From: Adineta vaga
Taxonomy: Eukaryota; Animalia; Rotifera
Length of the DNA stretch: 64,000 nucleotides
NCBI GenBank assembly: GCA_021613535.1
Contig: CP075494.1
Coordinates: 372,001 to 436,000, forward strand
Direction: 5' to 3'
The position numbers were made by a program, and so were the translations under genes. Positions within the stretch are counted from its first letter, which is position 1. Each line of letters opens with the position of its first letter. A model generated the notes under the pieces. The model saw nothing but the letters and a program-made list of their open reading frames with translations, was not told the origin of the DNA and did not search any database. Below, one piece after another: positions 50,091 to 61,930 of the stretch.

Positions 50091-52572
50091 CAAGAGTGGA
50101 GAGAGTTCTGTTTTTGTTCATAGTTAGTTTGTTGACCGGACAGGATGTTCTGTCTAGTAAAAATTTTTGTACTCGATGTGTCAAAGATTCTACCACGTAC
50201 AAATTCCAGTTTTGATCGAAAGCCATGTCTTCCGGACGCTGCAATTTGTTCGTTTGACCGTCTAAGATGACTTGCTTTCCGAGCGCATTGGGTAACCATC
50301 TTGTAACTCGAAGCTCATAAGGTTCTACCACATAGACAACCTTCGTATATGTCTCGACGAAAATTGACTGCGGATTTAATAGTTGGTGTATACCACTGCC
50401 TGATTTATCACTTCCTGCAACTGTAATTAACTGTTGAGTGTCTGGCATCCATTTAACAACTTTGCTATGATGGGTACATACATAAACAGCACCTAATTCA
50501 TTGACATCGTCTACAAAGAGACCCACAGGATTTTTCAGTACGCCTATCCCACCAAATAATATTATTCCCGTAGTGGATTTCTTTAACGATTTGACTATTC
50601 TTTGATTACCCATGTCTACCACATAAACTGATTCCTCTCGATCGACATAAACATCTTTTGGAGAATTTAACTGGTTCAAAGCAGCACCGTATCGACCGTT
50701 ACCAGCTACCACTTCGACTGAACCTCCTACTGCGCTTCTTTTCTGAACTATATGACTGCTCGATACAGTAAAATATAAATTATCGTATCTATCAATAAAT
50801 AATTGTCCAGCTTTCACTGATTTGACCAAAGTGACAATTTCTTGACTATTTCTTGAATACTTTTGTATACGACTATAAGAAGGATCCGAGACGTACAGAT
50901 TTTGTTGACTATCAAAAGCTATTGATACTGGTTTATAAAGCTGATTCATTGCGCCACCACCGCCATTACCACCGGCTACAACAATTCCATTTGGAAACCA
51001 TCGAGCAGTCTCACATAGAACTATCGCTGATTAAAAGAAACATGTACGTAGAAGACGCATCTTACAATGGAAGGTTGCGAACTGTTGAGCAATAAGCTTG
51101 ATTTTCTTCAGGTGAAATAATCTTTCTCATCGAGAAACTAATACACTCACATTATGAGTTACTGATGGGGGACCGTAACAGAGATATTCCAATTTAAGAC
51201 ATTTTCTGCACATGTATTGTGCTGGTCATTCAGCACTTTAACAGAACTTAAGTGTCTGTTTTCGTCATGGCTGAATAGAGCTCATCGAGTTACATAGGAA
51301 AAAAGTGTATTCCGAAAGTTTATAAGCCATTTCACGTAAAATTTCAAGATATCTTTGTTTTCCAATATAAGGTGAGATAGACCCAAAATTTTAATTTTTC
51401 ACAAAGTTGTTTTTAAACTTTTGATACACACTTTTTCTTATGTAACTCGATGAGCTCTATTCAGCCATGACGAAAACAGACACTTAAGTTCTGTTAAAGT
51501 GCTGAATGATCAGCACAATACATGTGCAGAAAATGTCTTAAATTGGAATATCTCTGTTACGGTCCCCCATCAGTAACTCATAATGTGAGTGTATTAGTTT
51601 CTCGACGAGAGAGATTGTTTCACCTGAACAAGGTCAAACTTATTGCTCAACAGTTCGCGACCTTCCATTGTTAGTGACAAAGAATACTTTTTAGAAATCG
51701 TTAAGGGTGACTGTGAGTGTGGGTCTGTATGTATTGTTAATTCATATTCACGCCCATTCTCGTCTTTACTCTTCCTTTTAGGAATGCAACAAGTCCAAAG
51801 CCTTGGACCTGGCATGTAAGATGTGATACTCATACGATTTCGATTCGGCTAGCTTTGGTATGTAAGGTTTGAATTTGATTTGGATTTGTTTTAAGACAGA
51901 AATAATATAAATAGTTTGCGATTCGACAGTTGCAACCGAAACTGGAACTTGTTTATGTGGGTTTGGTTTAGAGAACACATCCAAAACCCAAATCAAAACC
52001 AGTATCCAAATCCTAAAGCTATTTGTCAGAAAGCTGACGGACATTCTAGGCCAAAGAGGAGAGCGAAAGAAAGTTTCTACTTGAAACTTGACTTACACTC
52101 TTCTGTCGTGGTCGTCGTCGTTGTGCCGCTTGGTATTGATGGAGACGTTGTCGTTAAAATCGGAACAGATATGGTTGAACCTACAGGCAAACCTGTAGTT
52201 CCCTCAGCTGATATAGTTGTTGAAACTATAACCATTGTAGTGGTAGTTAACGAGATTATGCACTCACCTGTGGGTTTCGTAAAAGTATAGATTTCTTTAC
52301 CTTTTTTCACATAGATAACCACAGCTACGACAATACAAATAACTACAATTATGCATAAAACCAATAGCAACCATCGAATTCGACGGCACTGTACTGAACA
52401 AGTGCAATGCCAAAATGAACAACATGTACAACCATGGCACAGACTCAATCCTTCATTATTATTGATGGTAGATTTTGTAGAGTGTTGACTGCCTCGTTTA
52501 AAATTGGTATTTGTTTTAACCTCAGCTAGCTCGAATTGCTGAATGTTTTCAGGATTGACTGAGCATCGTAAC
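50086..52572 (-). CDS. Type II membrane NHL-repeat protein with Thr-rich stalk (5' exons uncertain)
   Basis: Cys-rich/TM/Thr exon ending at 52097; phase-1 intron 52096-51027; NHL exon SIVLCETARWFPNGIVVAGGNG.. in frame with ORF 50086-50949. Confidence 0.82.
51065..51670. mobile_element. Fold-back MITE with about 245-bp TIRs, in the NHL intron
   Basis: caatggaaggttgcgaactgttgagcaataag.. / ..cttattgctcaacagttcgcgaccttccattg; TTA on both flanks (PIF/Harbinger-like TSD; Tc1-like TA not excluded). Confidence 0.88.
51705..52014. repeat. Two degenerate HTEs (51705-51761, 51956-52014) in the NHL intron
   Basis: gggtgactgtgagtgtggg..cacgcccattctc; tgtgggtttggtttag..catccaaaacccaaatc. Confidence 0.55.
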
Positions 52573-55249
52573 TGTAGAAAAAGAGATCAATAAGAGTGTC
52601 CAGCGCAATTGAATAAATCTAATAACTAATCCGACCATCCGATAGGAATCCGGATGATGCAACTACTTATGGATCTTGAGAATCGAGTTTTTGTTGGATC
52701 TGGCTAGATTCGGTGTCAAAGTCAACGACCTGAGAGGTTAAACGGGTCTTCGAATGTGTCTCATAGCTAGGTATGTGACGAATCGAACAAATAGGCGTGC
52801 TCGGTACGAACAAAATCGTGAGGATGATCATTCGTTCCAAACATACACACGCTAGGACCAAAGCTGGGCAAAATACTTAAAATACTTGCACTCAAGCATC
52901 AGGCACTCTACAGTATGGAGTCAGGACAAAGGTGCCGATATTCCTTTTTTTAAACCCTTGGGCACGCATAATCCAGAAAACATCTATGTGAATAACTTTC
53001 GATTGGATTCAATATTCTTTTTCCATCCATTGGTCACAGGATTGGGTTGAAAAGCTCGAATCTTATCCATCGAGCAGGCCCATAGGTTAATCCTGCCTAT
53101 GGGGTTACTTTGAATTCTCTGTTGTATGCTGATACAAGTAAAAGTATACGCACGACTGTGCAAGAATTCACGATAATGTATTAGATTGCTCTATAGGGTT
53201 GAAAATAAGAAATATATATTTTTATGTAAATTAAAAGAAAACATTCATAGTTTATAGGTGTCACACAAAACACAATACAATATAAATGTAGGCGACAGTA
53301 TAAAGGAATATATACAACATTAGTTACGCTACTATTCATCTTGATGCCATTAACTCAAGGCAGTGCGAAGAAGTCAGAGCAGGAGAAGGGACATTTGCAA
53401 AAAGGAAAACATGTGAAAACGTCTTTTTAACTACACAGGATTTCTCATAAATAAGAAAAAGGTGCCCCTAATTTTTCAAAAACTCGAGATCCGCACCCGC
53501 GTCGCTACTCTGGTGGGGAAAACTCATCAATAATTGTTTCCAAGTTCTTAGAACGCTTGTGGAAGTTTCCTAGACAACTGGAGCAAAACTTTCAAAAGTA
53601 GAAGAGATATCCTCCCTCAATCCCTCTCGCTCGCGCCGCCATTGCAGAGAAAACAAATTGGCCCGCATCACTAACCTGTTTTAGCTCTTTTAAAAAGAGA
53701 AAAATGTGTTTGTAAATATATGATTCTAACAAAGCCGCAGTAGTATATATTATATAGATATATCACAAGCAAAAGAAATGAAAGAATTTAAGGTTCGACA
53801 ACAAAAGACGCTATAAGTGAAATTATAAAACCAACTTAAACATTGGACTAAAAAGAAATGAAATTAGCTTTGTATGTATCACGATAAAGTATTCGACCAA
53901 GCATAATAAATACGGAAGCACTGACAAATCGTATATAGCATAGTGTAATGACACATCTATTGAACGAACTTGTCTCTAATTATTTTCTTAAATATATAAT
54001 TAATTTAATGGGTTCATCATAGGCTCACTCATGGATTATCCAGTCGAACTTCTCTCCAGACATGGGTGAGTGGATCCGGGTTGACCCCCGACCGATTGAA
54101 TCGAAGAGGTGCCCACACCAACCCAACCTGTCTGACACCTCTGAATCAGATATCTCCAACAGACACAGACTTGTGTTATCGCGTAACAACTCGACAAAGT
54201 GTGCACTTTTAACACGTAAAAGAGGATTTTATTTTGAAAAAGCAAGCTTACAGGTATCATTATGTTCAAACTCACTTTCACGAAAAAGAACCTTTTCGAA
54301 CCTATAAATGGTGTATATTATAACATATAAAAACACGTTTTTTTTTATCAATTCCTTCGCCCTAGGCATTTTGTTGTTCTTCGACTCCCGAAATATTTTA
54401 GTTTCTGTGTCGCAACTAATTTAATGGCGCATCTCAGAGATACTGCGTTGAGGTTTACTCCGCAACATCTCTCGGTCAAAATTTTCAAATCACATCGGCA
54501 TCCTTCTACACAGATTACTGAGATTCTGTTTACCTTGTAGAGAAGCATAGATTTGACTCGAGAAATTGATCGATAAACCATATTCGTTCTCGCTCTTTTA
54601 AAGAAAAGATGTTGTATTAAGACAGAGTCAGATGCGTATATGTAATTTTCATTGTACTCGTACTCATATTCGAGAAATTCTGTACTTGCCCATATCTAGC
54701 TAAGATCTGCTATGATCAGCTAGAACGTTGTTCGATTCGCCACATACTTAATCATGATCAACAATAGAAATCATGGACTGTTCTCAGTCACACTACTAAT
54801 GTTATCGAACTAACCTGATGGTTTCTGATTGAGTTCGATTTCTGCAAGTTGCCACAATAAACACATTCAACACGTGCACCAGCAGATCGCGGTCGTGGCA
54901 CAGCTAGAACAAAAACCATGTGAATCATATTTTGATGCTTTTACCCACAAATACAATAAACTTACTATTTCTAATAGATTCTCGAGGAGCACTTGGCCGT
55001 ATACTCGCGCTCATTTCACATTCTATTTCGCTTTTTTATCATATTTATGTGCATGAAATTTGTCGAAAGTTTCTTATTTACCTTGGAAAAAATATTCTTC
55101 TTTATTTCTTTAGTCATTATTTTGTTATTCGCGATGATATTGCTGACTTTAAAAAAAGTGAGAAGATAACTTAGGTGTTGTGAAACATTGATGAGTAATG
55201 AGAAAACTATTGGATTAAAAACACAAAAGAACGTAACAAATACTCGGAC

Positions 55250-55307
55250 AGGGGTGGGTGTGGATGGGTTGAGAGTATAGCATGACCCACACCCACACCT
55301 TCAAGAT
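55250..55307. repeat. HTE
   Basis: aggggtgggtgtggatgggtt-gagagtatagcat-gacccacacccacaccttcaagat. Confidence 0.88.
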
Positions 55308-55739
55308 AATAGGTTATTAATTAGTTCAAATTAACATCAGATTCAAATCTTTCAACTTCAACAACTCTTCATTTAAGAAAAGTGAATAAAATCCTGTAGA
55401 TTTCTGATAAATGATTGAATTATTGTGTATTCTATTTCATTAACTATTTCCTATTTTAATTTTCTATTTATATCTATTCATTAAAATTTCAATGACAGTT
55501 GTTTGAGTACGACATTGACGTCAGAGAAAGACAAGTAATTATCTCCAGTTGTTATAAATAAAACGCCACATATTCTGTAAAACATGACTGCTGTCAAAGT
55601 AATGTTTTATCAAAGATACCGATGATTATAGTATAATTAAAAAGAATGAAAAACAAATCTTCTCTTTCTTTTTCTCTATTTCATTATCAAAAGAAAACTT
55701 GAAAAAATTGTATTATTATCTAAATTCTTCAGAAATAAA

Positions 55740-56765
55740 ATGACAAATACAAGCAATTTAAATGATACGAATACATATTCAAATGGAAATCAATTAACAT
55801 TTATGGGTTATTATTGTTTATTAATGGTTATCATTGGTACAATATTTAATATCTTAACATTCTTTATTTTATGTCAAACAAAATTTCGAAATACACAAAT
55901 TCGTCCAATGATTCATTATATGCGTGCAATAGCAATAATTGATTTTCTTGGATTATATGGATGGACTTTAGATACTTATTTTGAAACAATTTATGGATTT
56001 ACATTAGGTTATTCATATACAATTGTATCATGTAAATTTTCTTTATTTTTCAATTATGTTACACTTCAAATATCTTCATGGTTACATGTTTTTGTTTCTT
56101 TTGATCGATATTTATTTATGAGTCGAATTCAACCAAATACTTGGTTTAATCGATCAAAAAATGTTTTAATTATTATTATTTCTATCATAATAATCTTTTT
56201 TCTTTTCAATTTTCATTTTTTATTATTTGTTTGTTATGAAGATATTAATGAATATATTATCGTCAATTCGAAATTATATACTGTATTTCCTTTATTTGAA
56301 AATATACATTTATGTATTTATAATCTTATTCCATCATCATTAATATTATCATTTAATTTTATATCGATTTATTATCTTCATAAAATACAACGTACAACAA
56401 CGATAACAAATTCAAAAATTCGTCATCGACCTATAACAATAACATTGATTATTACAAGTTTTTTATTTGTAATAACACGAACACCATCTTCGATAACTTA
56501 TTCTTTCTTCTATGATACTCTAACTGCAACTGAATGGGGTAATCATTTAATGATTATATTTAATTTATTACTTTACACATTTCCTGTCTTAAATTTTCCA
56601 ATTTATCTTCTTACATTTACTGAATTTCGTCATGAATTAATTGATTTTGTATTAAGAAGAAGAAGAAGAAGAATGGTTGGAACAGTCAGTGTTGGACATA
56701 CACTTCCTCAGCATGTTGTACAAATCAAATTACGAAATATTTCGAATACACATCATTTACGATGA
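55740..56765 (+). CDS. Class A (rhodopsin-like) peptide-receptor-type GPCR, intronless
   Basis: Seven hydrophobic helices, N-glycosylated N-terminus, CK in TM3, SFDRY, NFPIYLL..FR. Confidence 0.9.
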   Translation: MTNTSNLNDTNTYSNGNQLTFMGYYCLLMVIIGTIFNILTFFILCQTKFRNTQIRPMIHYMRAIAIIDFLGLYGWTLDTYFETIYGFTLGYSYTIVSCKFSLFFNYVTLQISSWLHVFVSFDRYLFMSRIQPNTWFNRSKNVLIIIISIIIIFFLFNFHFLLFVCYEDINEYIIVNSKLYTVFPLFENIHLCIYNLIPSSLILSFNFISIYYLHKIQRTTTITNSKIRHRPITITLIITSFLFVITRTPSSITYSFFYDTLTATEWGNHLMIIFNLLLYTFPVLNFPIYLLTFTEFRHELIDFVLRRRRRRMVGTVSVGHTLPQHVVQIKLRNISNTHHLR

Positions 56766-57101
56766 AAAAGACAAAGATTGAGAAACTTTTTACTTCAATT
56801 ATTCACTTGAATTTCTAAGAGGAAAAAAATATTTTCAAGATATATATATTTTATATTCTGATGAATATAGCACGTGACTTTCTTGACAGAATTCTTTTTA
56901 TATGATAAAGAAGGAAGAATAAACATTGGAAAATTTATTACGAGTATCGTGAGAGAAATAATTCAATGGTAATTTTAGAATAATCGTAAGAATTGAACTG
57001 ATAATCAAATGTTATATCATTGAAATTCTCTTTTGAGTCACTCACTCTTTTTGCTATCTGTTGTTTAGTAAATGCAAATACGATAAGCTATTTATAAGAA
57101 A

Positions 57102-57176
57102 TAGAGGTGCACCAAATCCAATTCCATTCAAATCCAAATCTAGGATTTGACTGGAATTGGATTTGGTGCACCCCTA
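57102..57176. mobile_element. 75-bp palindromic hAT-like mini element
   Basis: tagaggtgcaccaaatccaattcca / tggaattggatttggtgcaccccta; no clean TSD. Confidence 0.6.
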
Positions 57177-58294
57177 CTTATGAGACCAAATAAATCTCAT
57201 GTTGCCGAAATGGAAAGACTTGATCAACTATATACGAACACATAAGGACGTTTCTCAGAGTGGTTTCGATAAATCTCATACATAATAAGACTATTCTCAT
57301 TATTTCTGTATATTTTTACTATGAAAAATTGGCATTTCTCTCAAGTTCACTTATCTTCCATATAATCATGAAATTCTGATGCTTTAATGTTCTTTAAACT
57401 AGAATTGTTTTTTTCTTTTTTGATTGTGTTGTGCATGATTTGATAGATACATGTTTTTTAATATTCATTCTTATTTGTTTCATAATCGTGTACAAAATAA
57501 ATTTCTGTTATGAAATTGATTATGAAAGTTCTTGAATAAACATTCTCAGTTGTAGTTTAAATTCGGATATTTTGTGAATTTCGTACGAAGTGACTGAAAG
57601 GATGATCAGCTAAAGAAACAGGGTTATAACAAGTATATAATAATAAAATTCCAATTATTATCAATATGATTTCAGCAACAGAAAACATTATTCAACGCTA
57701 GTCATTCAGTCGAGGGTCAAGCGAGTCTGCCTCGACGAGCGTTATTTATAGTAATTTTAAGAAAAATAAATCTTTGTTGATCAAGGGCAACTATGTTAAT
57801 TAACTCGTTTTAGAATTCCTATCAGCAGATTCTAGTGCTGCAATATAACCGATTCGCTGGAGAAAGTTCATTGACTTTAATCTTTCTTACAAAAGCACGT
57901 CCAGACGGTAATTCTGAGGATCAATAATTTCTTGATATCCTGCACTATTTTATATGTTATGACGATAGACGAAAAATTCTAATTTTTGTAACAATACAGT
58001 TTTTCAATTACTTTCACACAAAAGAAATGAAAAGAAAACATGTTCGAGTAAATTTTTACTTTATTTATATGAATGACTCATGTCAAACAAATAGCAAATT
58101 TTATATATTTTTAAGATACACAAGAAGATTCATCATTTCTATTTTGATCAGTTGAAATAACCACAAGGAACCTTATTCACAAAAAAACAGTGTTATGCAA
58201 GAATCACTCTTTATAAATTGAAGCGATTGCAGAATAATAGCAATATTATTAAAAACGCACATTTCAGCATAGCATATGAATTGTACACAAGAAC

Positions 58295-59546
58295 ATGTCT
58301 TCATCAAACAACAAATCACAAAATATTATCGATTTGAACAAAATATTCGACACAAATGATGCTACAGAAATAAAACAAATGCAAAAAGAATTCGAATCAA
58401 ATGGATGGTGTTTCGTTCTTCTTCTGAAAGAACTTATTCCAAATCCAGATCTAATCAAGCAACTAACGCAGTTTTTTGAATCTGATAATAAAAACAGTTG
58501 GTACTCTAACGTAAGTATTCACCAATATATGTTTATTCTAAAGCTAATCACAAAGAAGGAATCAAACTATTGACTGGAAGTTATTTGCAATAGTTTGCAA
58601 ATAAATGATTGATACCAAAGACACTTATTGAACCATTAAGTTATCTTTTACAAATGTTAGATGCCGTCACAAAGCATTTAATCGAAATTTTTGATCAACA
58701 CTCAGTATTTCAACAACATCCGTCTTTATCAAATCTTATCAAACGAGCTCGTTTACCATTGAAAAATGAACATTTTGGTATGCTTGATATTGTATCTTAT
58801 TTTAATGATAAAAGTGGTTTTCAACCGCACCACAAAATGGAGAATCAACTGAAGAAGTGAATTGTGTTCCATATTATGATCCAGGATTACTTTCAATTAG
58901 TATTTTATCAACACATGAAGGTCTTCAATTGAAAAAGATGATAAATGATGAATGGATTGATGGACCATTAGAATCAAATATTGGAGTTATTTGGTTAGGA
59001 GAAAGAGCATCTCGGATAACAAAAAATCGATTGAAAGCAGGTATTCATCGAGTTATTTATCCTCAAGAATCGAAACGCCGATTGACAATATGGTATGAAA
59101 TATGTACAACTGAACAATTAAAAAATATTAGTGATAAGATGACGAATGAAATAATGGCTGGTGGAATGGTTACATTTAATAATCTTCCTGGAGCATCTCC
59201 AATACCTGTATTTCGTAATGAGAGAAGATTGGATTTTCTGAGACGAGTTGAATGGTCTCATGGATTGACAATGACTAAAGCGCCTCCACTGCAATATATT
59301 CTCCCAAAACATGATATTTCATTTCCAACAGATTATTCAAATACGAATTACAGAGGTGCAGAATCTTCCGTGAAACAGTCGCGTTTGCACCCCCGAACAA
59401 ATTTGTCCTCAAATTCTCAGTTTTTGAAAAGTAAAATCTCAAAACGTTCACGCACAAATACGCCAAAGATTTTCCCAAAAACGAAAAATTCTTCCATCAC
59501 CCGCGCGGGGGCGCACGAGGAAGATTATGTACTTCCGACGAATTAA
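58295..59546 (+). pseudogene. 2OG-Fe(II) oxygenase (isopenicillin-N-synthase-like fold), disrupted
   Basis: FESNGWCFV..; NCVPYYDPGLLSI..EGLQL..AGIHRV..RLTIWY; frameshifts between ORFs; HxD His appears as Tyr. Confidence 0.75.
59351..59537. mobile_element. 187-bp hAT-type MITE inserted at the oxygenase stop codon
   Basis: Perfect 8-bp TSD acgaatta (59343-59350, 59538-59545); imperfect TIRs cagaggtgcagaatcttcc / ggaagattatgtacttccg. Confidence 0.8.
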
Positions 59547-59718
59547 CTAAAGCACCCCTTCATGTAATAAATTCCTTCATTTATCCATAAAATTATAATT
59601 TTTAAGAATAACATTATAGAAAATCTTAGCACTATGTATGTTTCATACTATATTTAATCGTATTATCTTTTCTTATCAATAAATTTTATTTTGTCATATT
59701 TTTGTTCACGCTAATACG

Positions 59719-59820
59719 CAGGAGTGCCAAGGGGAAAAAAGCGAGACTTCATCTACTCCCAAAATTTTTGGGAGTACAGTGGGTGTACGGGAGTCTCGCT
59801 TTCCCCCCTTGTATAATTCT
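59719..59820. mobile_element. Short palindromic MITE-like element
   Basis: caaggggaaaaaagcgagact / agtctcgctttcccccttg inverted arms with inner hairpin tactcccaaaa/ttttgggagta. Confidence 0.55.
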
Positions 59821-59844
59821 CATTTTTACTTTCGTTTTTTCCAC

Positions 59845-60741
59845 AGTAAAAACAACATGTTTTGGTGATCTTCCAAATGAGATTATCTATGAAATATTTG
59901 AATATCTCGATGCTTATCATATTTATACAGCTTTCTCAATCTCAATAATCGTTTTCAACATATTCTCTTCAATTCAAATGTTCCCTTTCGAATTGAAATA
60001 TTTCTTTCATCTAGTCCATCGTTTCATCGTTATTATACACAATTTCTTCTCTCCCATTTACATCGAAGTCATTCACTTCATTTATTAAATTCTTATTCGA
60101 TGGCTCTTGTCATTTTACTATTACAAAATACTTCGAAATTTAGTCGATTACATAATCTTATTCTTGATCAAATTGATTTGGTTTATCTTGAAAATCTTCT
60201 TCTTGCATTAATTACTTCTCCATGTCTTTCTTCATTAAACATTATTTATAATGATCCTATTTCAGCTAAAACATCTATCTTGAATTTAATATTTCACTTC
60301 CCTAATTTAAAACATTGTAAAATCACATTCAAAACTGGTTTTGAAACGGATTTATCACCTGTATGTGTTAACAAATATAGTTCAATTCGATCTCTTTATT
60401 TAAAAGGAGAATGCAAACTTAAAAATCTTTTATCTATTTTATCATATACTCTTCTAGTTCGTTGTCTATCTGTCGATACTTTGAATACATATGTTCAAGA
60501 TGAAATTGAAAATGCTTCCATTATATTAAATTATTTAAAACACTGTTCAGTTCGTTTAGGCCATATTCAATCACATCAATTTATACCACTCATTACGAAA
60601 CATTTTCCAAATCTTCAAGTATTACATTTATCAATGGAAACCAGTGATTTTATCTCACATTCCACATTTACGTATTTTCATCAAACACAATTGACATATG
60701 ACTTACAATATGCTATCATAAATCTCACAGTTTTTATGTAG
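59845..60741 (+). pseudogene. F-box/LRR-type gene, frameshifted
   Basis: TCFGDLPNEIIYEIFEYLDAYHIYTAF F-box, frameshift, then LRR-like ORF 60100-60741. Confidence 0.75.
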
Positions 60742-61104
60742 ATTTTTTTCTCATATGAATAAATACTCGCATATAAACTGCGTCACGTATCTTTTAGAAT
60801 ACTCCTCTACAACCTATTTTTCTTTTCTATTGATGAATACCATTAGTGACACATATCCCGCATTACACTCTGAGAAAAATTAGTGCTCTACGAAACCTCC
60901 TAAGTTGCCCGTGGTTCTACTGAATATATTTAAAGTTCGTAAATTGTAAATAGTTCCGTAGACTTCGCACGGTTCGGTATTGATAAAGTCGTACCACAAA
61001 GAAGTTCTGTAAAGTGCTCTTGGGTTCCGTAATTCTCCTAATGATCGATCAATGATTTAGCAGACCGCAGACGGTGTGGCTTTATGGACACGAAACCATT
61101 GATA

Positions 61105-61183
61105 GTGGGTGAGTGTTGTGCAGTGTTATTTTACTCCCTTACTCTCGCCTTCACCCACACCCTCACCCACACCCACACCCTTA
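61105..61183. repeat. HTE directly fused to a gene fragment
   Basis: gtgggtgagtgttgtg...ttcacccacaccctcacccacacccacacccttaa. Confidence 0.85.
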
Positions 61184-61464
61184 ATTTCCAGACAAATACA
61201 TATATCGGTGATATTATTGATGAACTCTTTGTTGAAGAATGGAAAGTGAATATCAACTATTCAATATTCTATCAACCATGTTCTCCAACATACTGCTCAT
61301 ATATAATTAGCAAATCAAACACTTTTCTATATATTCTAACACAAATTTTAGCTTTTTATGGTGGACTTACCGTCAGTTTGCAATTCATTGTGCCATACAT
61401 AATTCAATTGGCGTTCAAAATAAAAACTTATTTTACCAGAGTTACAACTAATCCTTCTGCTTAA
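61184..61464 (+). pseudogene. C-terminal fragment of a large membrane-protein family
   Basis: IGDIIDELFVEEWKVNINYSIFYQPCSPTYCSY..YGGLTVSLQFIVP; the upstream part of the ORF is translated repeat (THTLTHTH). Confidence 0.65.
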
Positions 61465-61736
61465 TTAAATATCATTACTCTCTCTCTCTCTATTTATTCA
61501 TTAAAAGTGAATAAATCACGCAAGAAAAATAATTTGCAAGTTTTTTGTTTTCTTTACTGTGATGTGGATCATCGCTCTTCTAATTCATATATCTTAAAGA
61601 TGTGAATGTGAATGATGTGACGAGAAGACTCACAAAACTTATACTAAGAGCAAGGTTTTGGTCGGGTTGTGCACCAATTAAAATAATATTTGATCAATTC
61701 ATTCATCTACAAACTTGAACGTTGATGGTGGTTATA

Positions 61737-61850
61737 AGGATGTGGGTGAGTGAATGTTGCCTCTTAACATCATCACTCTCAACTTTGCATCCACAAGTTG
61801 ATATCTATTATTTACATTATACAACCTTTCAATGATGAAAGGGTGTGCGT
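61737..61850. repeat. Degenerate HTE plus short G arm
   Basis: aaggatgtgggtgagtg..catcactctcaactttgcatccacaag; aagggtgtgcgt. Confidence 0.55.
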
Positions 61851-61930
61851 CGATACTGAAAAATTGTCTGTTCTTAATTCTTATTTAATTCTAACATAGA
61901 AAAACAGTTTTTATTAAATAGCTATTAATA

